Shown here: in pieces, positions 59,507 to 64,000 of the stretch
Numbering within the stretch: position 1 is the first letter of the stretch
How the letters are laid out: the number at the start of each line of letters is the position of its first letter
Notes under the pieces: model-generated
What the model saw: the letters and a program-made list of their open reading frames with translations, nothing else
What the model was told of the DNA's origin: nothing
Databases searched by the model: none
NCBI RefSeq assembly: GCF_028641065.1
Contig: NC_073387.1
Span: forward strand, 23,374,001 to 23,438,000
From: Leucoraja erinacea
Taxonomy: Eukaryota
Direction of reading: 5' to 3'
DNA: 64,000 bases
Program-made: the position numbers and the translations under genes

Positions 59507-62456
59507 TATGTGTGCATTTGTGTGGAGTTTGCACTTCTCCCTGTGACCGCGTGGGTTTTTCCCGGGTGCTTCAATTTCCTCCCACTTCTGTCAATTGCTG
59601 CCTAGTGTGAGAGTGAGGGGTAGAATCAGGGGGAGTTGGAGAATAGAATGGTATAAGAGTGAGAGAGAGAGAGAGAGCTGAACCATTCTATCCAAACAGT
59701 GAATTGTCCTGACCTCCCATCTACCTCATTGGAGACCCCCCCTATCTTTAATCGGACTTTACTGGACTTTGCACTAAACATTACCCTGTATCTATACACT
59801 GTGGACGGCTCGATTGTAATCATGTATAGTCTTTCCGTTGACTGCATAGAACGCAACATAAACTCAACTCAACACCCAATCACAGCATGAAAGTACACAA
59901 AGTGCTGGAGTAACTCCGCACCTCAGGCAGCAGCTCTGAAGTTGATCCGCTGAGTTACTCCAGCACTTTGTGTCCTTTTATGTAAACCAGCATCTGCAGT
60001 TCCTTGTTTCTACACAATCATTGCATGAGTTATGTCAACGATGTTCTCTCAATCAAGAGGCTGCACTTGGATACTGTGGTGTCTGAAGAAGGTTCTCGAC
60101 CCGAAACGTCACCCATTCCTTCTCTCCAGAGAAGCTGCCTCACCTGCTGAGTTTCTCCTGCATTTTTGCCGACCTTCGATTTTTCCAGCATCTGCAGTTC
60201 TTTCTTAAACAGTGTGTTCAGGTTGGTTGTCCCCTGCTATAGGAGGGATGCCATTAAACTGGAAAGAGTGCAGTGAAGATTTACGGGGATGTTGCCAGGA
60301 CTCGAGTGCCTGAGCTATAGGGTGAGGTTGAGCGGGCTGGTGAGTACTGCAGCGCGTACAGGCCCAGAGCCATTGAACGCTCATCAGACGTTAACCCAAT
60401 CATTCCCATGTTGAGGTAGATACAGCAACAAATCGTGAAAGACACTTGGACAGGTACATGGATAGGACAGGTTTAGAGGGATATGGGCCAAAAGTGGGCA
60501 GGTGGGACTAGTTTCATCGCTGTGTAACTATATGACTTGAGGTGACAAGCAGCAGACTCCCAGTCGGAAGAAGGGTCCTGAACCAAAACATCACCCATTC
60601 ATGTTCTCCAGAGATGCTGCCTGACCTGCTGGGTCACTCCAGCAATTTGTGCTCTGTTATGAAAAACATCATCTGCAGTTCCTTGCGTCCACGCCTCCGT
60701 TGTACTGAGGTCTGTGGTTTAGAGACACAATGTAGCAACAGGCCCTTCTGCCCACCGAACCCATGCCGTCCATCGATCACCCGTTCTCACTAGTTCTATG
60801 TTATCCCACTTCCTCATCCACTCCCTGCACACCAGGGGCAAATTAACCTATAAACCTGGACGTCTAGGGGATGTTGGAGGAAACCGGAGCACCCGGGGGA
60901 AATCCAAGCGGTCACAGGGAGAACGTGCAAACTCCACACATGCAGATAGCACCCGATGTCAGGATGGAACCCCGGTCACTGGCGCTGCGAGGCAGCAGCT
61001 CTACCTGCTGCGTCACTGTGCCGCCCTGTGAAAGCTTGGACAGAAAGAGTTAATGCTTTAATTCCCAGTAAAGACTCTGCAAACAAGTGGAGCATTGATC
61101 AGACCTGTTGCACGGGATGAATAGCCACGAGGATTCGGTGGGGAATGTGGGCACAGAACGACTTTTGATTGCGTGATTAGGCAAAACTAATATTGAAACA
61201 AAAAAAAAGCAAAATTGCTTTCAAAGTAATTCCTCAAGCCTGCAGAAAGTATTCTTAAAGACACCAAGACAGAAGGTGCACAGTTCAAAGGGAAACACAA
61301 TTCTGTCCAACTATTTCGGTCTGTTTACCAGTTGGGTAATATGTTCACCCTCTTTAGATCTGTAATGTGTTTTTAAGTCAGCAGTGTGGTTTGTTGTGTT
61401 GGTCTTAGACGAAGGTGAGAGATTTTGCCCAAAGGCAGAAAGTGATTTCCACATCAGAAACCTGCTGTTAATGAGCCTGCAATGGGGAAATAGTATCCAG
61501 AGAAGCAAGGAACTGCAGGTGCTGGAATCTCAAGCAAAACACAAAGTGCTGAAGGAACATTAGGGCGACACGGTGGTGCAGCGGTAGAGTCGCTGCCCAG
61601 AGACTCAGGTTCGATCCTGACCACGGGTCCTGTACTGTGACCACGTGGGTTTCCTCCAGGTGCTCTGGTTTCCTCCCACATCTCAAAGACCTGTGGGTTT
61701 GTGGGTTGTGTAGGAAAGAACTGCAGATGCTGGTTTAAATCGAAGGGAGACACAAAATGCTGGAGTAACTCAGCGGGGCTGGCAGCATCTCTGGAGAGAA
61801 GGAATGGGTAACGTTTCGGGTCGAGATCCTTCTTCAGACTGAAGAACAAATAAAGATAAATAAATCAGTCTAAAGAAGGGTCTCAAGCCGAAACGTCACC
61901 CATTCCTTCTCTCCAGAGATGCTGCCTGTTCCGCTGAGTTACTCCAGCATTTAGTGTTTACCCCCGGGTTTGTAGGTTAATTGGCTTCTGTACATTGTCT
62001 GTAGTGTGTAGCATATTGCTAGTGCACGACTGATCGCTGGTCGGCGTGGACTGGGTAAGTTGAAGGCTGTTTCCACGCTGTATCTCTAAACTATAATAAT
62101 TACAGAGGGATCTTGTTCAGCTGGATAACACCATCCTCTCACCAACTAGAGAGCAGCCCTAACCACCCGTCAACCTCATTGGAGACGCTTGAACTCTACT
62201 GGAATTTATCTTGCACTAAATAGTATTCCTATTTCCTGTATCTATACACTGTTGATGGCTTGATTGTAATTATGTATAGTCTTTTCGTTAATTGAATAGC
62301 ATGCAACAAATGCGTTTTACTGTACCTTGGTACACGTGACAATAATAAACTGAACTACACTAAGTGGGCCGACGAATGGCAAATGGCGTTTAATTCAACA
62401 GAGTGGAAGGTGTTTGGAATGAACTACCAGTGGAGATAGTTGAGGCAGGTACTGCA

Positions 62457-63487
62457 ATTAGCAAAGTTACAAAATGTTGAGATTTTATAAACCAAGTCTG
62501 CAATTTATCCCATCAGATAAAGCAAAAAAAGAAGTTGAATTTGACACCTAATTCACTTTCATATCGTCAGTATTAAAAACGTTACGGCCATTTTCATACT
62601 CGGAAATTAGCATCTTGTTCCCTATTGCTTTTCCATTGACTTAACTCAAAAGCTGTGATCCAGGACAGTCAAAAGCCCATAACATTCTTAAAAATTAAGA
62701 GAACTGAATGAAATTTTCAGTTATTATAAATTGAAGCATTCTGAAATAAATATGAAACAATCTTACATGGATGACTTGAAATTAAAGCATATAATTAGTT
62801 AGTTACCTAATTGTAGCAAAATTATAAAATTCAATTACTAGATCATCTATCTATTTCTTAAGAAAAGGTTAACATTTTTAAATAGCCTAAGTGTCCAAAA
62901 AACATTCACACAAGAATTCACAATTTAACATGATTTTTAAATCTCATTGTCATGAATTTATAGGCCAATTGGAAGGAATTTAATTAGTGTTTAATTCCGG
63001 TAAATTAATGGCCATTTAAATCATCTTGCGAGTGGGATTTTGTGGAACACAATAGTTTGGAACGTTGCGATTGCGGTGATTTTAAACCCCATATCGGCAG
63101 GAAAAACACTGCCGGTTCATATATTTACATAATCGCATTTTTGCCAATGAAATTTTGCTTAAAGTAATCCTAAGAAGCAAGTTTATATGTAAAATAAGCG
63201 ACTTACCTTATGTTTTGTCCCGTACGTGAGATCCGACCCATTGCTGGCGTTGACAGCGTTAGAAGTAGATTTTTATTTTATTCCAGGGATTAAATTGTCC
63301 AGCGTTTTTTAAAAAAAATCTTCCCCAAACGGCAGTCGGAACGATTTTTCAGCATCAGGTAGTAGCCCGAGAAAATATATCTGGACAGGCAGGAGAAAAC
63401 GGCATTTTAATCCCGCCCCCCCCCTCAAAGGCACCAAAGTCGCGCACACGGCCAAAGACAGAAGGTAAGTTTTGTAACATACCTACT
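62457..63487. mobile_element. Putative non-autonomous DNA transposon (about 1 kb, AT-rich) inserted in a CR1 3' fragment
   Basis: CR1 text 'gttgaggcaggtact' resumes as 'actataataatgtttaagaaa'; inverted GTTACAAAA / TTTTGTAAC words near both ends. Confidence 0.5.
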
Positions 63488-64000
63488 ATAATAATGTTTA
63501 AGAAATATTTAGACAGGTACCTGGATAGGACAGGTTTAGAGGAATATGCGCCAAATGCCGGCAGGTGGGACTAGTGTAGTTTGGTCATGTTGGTTGGCAT
63601 GGGCATGTTGGGTCGAAGGGCCTGTTCCCGTTCTGTATGAATATCTATCTATCCCTCTCTCTGTCTACTGTTAGTATCAAAGTCACCACAGTTACTCGTC
63701 CTCAGAATTTATTTTAGACTCCGAGTTCCTTCAGAGGTTTTGATGTGGAGATTTCATTTAAAAAAAATCCAGAACTACTAAATTAATTACTGCAGGTGAT
63801 GAAATACTCGGAGCTAAATATGTTTACAATTTTTTTGTGAAGTAACTCCGTCACAGACATTAAACAGGATTACCAAATAGAACGCTGCACAGCTGCACAG
63901 AAATATTTGGCTTGAAAAAGAAATGGTTTCTGGATGGCCTTTAAGCCACAAAAATCAGATTAGTTATGTGGATAACAAATAAATGTGGGCATGTGTACAA

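Noticed and set aside
58731-59610. Long Cys/Val-rich ORFs (up to 289 aa)
   Set aside because: Translations of a TG minisatellite that lacks stops in several frames.

Overview
Repeat-dense vertebrate genomic DNA. The repeat complement (V-SINE/HE1-like SINEs, CR1, Rex1/Babar and Penelope-like elements) points to a cartilaginous fish, probably a skate or ray; this is inference. The one clear host gene is a complete 10-exon CD74 (MHC class II invariant chain, Ii) on the + strand. It runs from ATG 10434 to TAA 32994, giving 1017 nt of CDS and 338 aa; I assembled it by hand from GT-AG exons with consistent phases. It has the expected parts: cytoplasmic dileucine signal, type II TM with conserved GQ, CLIP, trimerisation domain, thyroglobulin type-1 domain and Ser-Gly tail. 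It also has an extra symmetric 108-nt exon (27261-27368) encoding a second CLIP-like peptide between the trimerisation and thyroglobulin domains, which is the most novel-looking signal in the window. Regulatory DNA is unusually readable: three reverse-oriented MHC-II-type X1-X2-Y modules (2424, 8814, 13211; two related by a local duplication), a proximal NF-kB/PU.1/GC promoter, and an intron-1 EICE + NF-kB cluster. The rest is mostly transposons: nested CR1 LINEs with open esterase-type ORF1s, two long Rex1/Babar LINEs, hAT and other MITEs, Penelope-derived repeats carrying minimal hammerhead-ribozyme cores, and micro/minisatellites. Most ORFs in the supplied track are TE fragments or spurious. 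TE boundaries are approximate unless TSDs are quoted.
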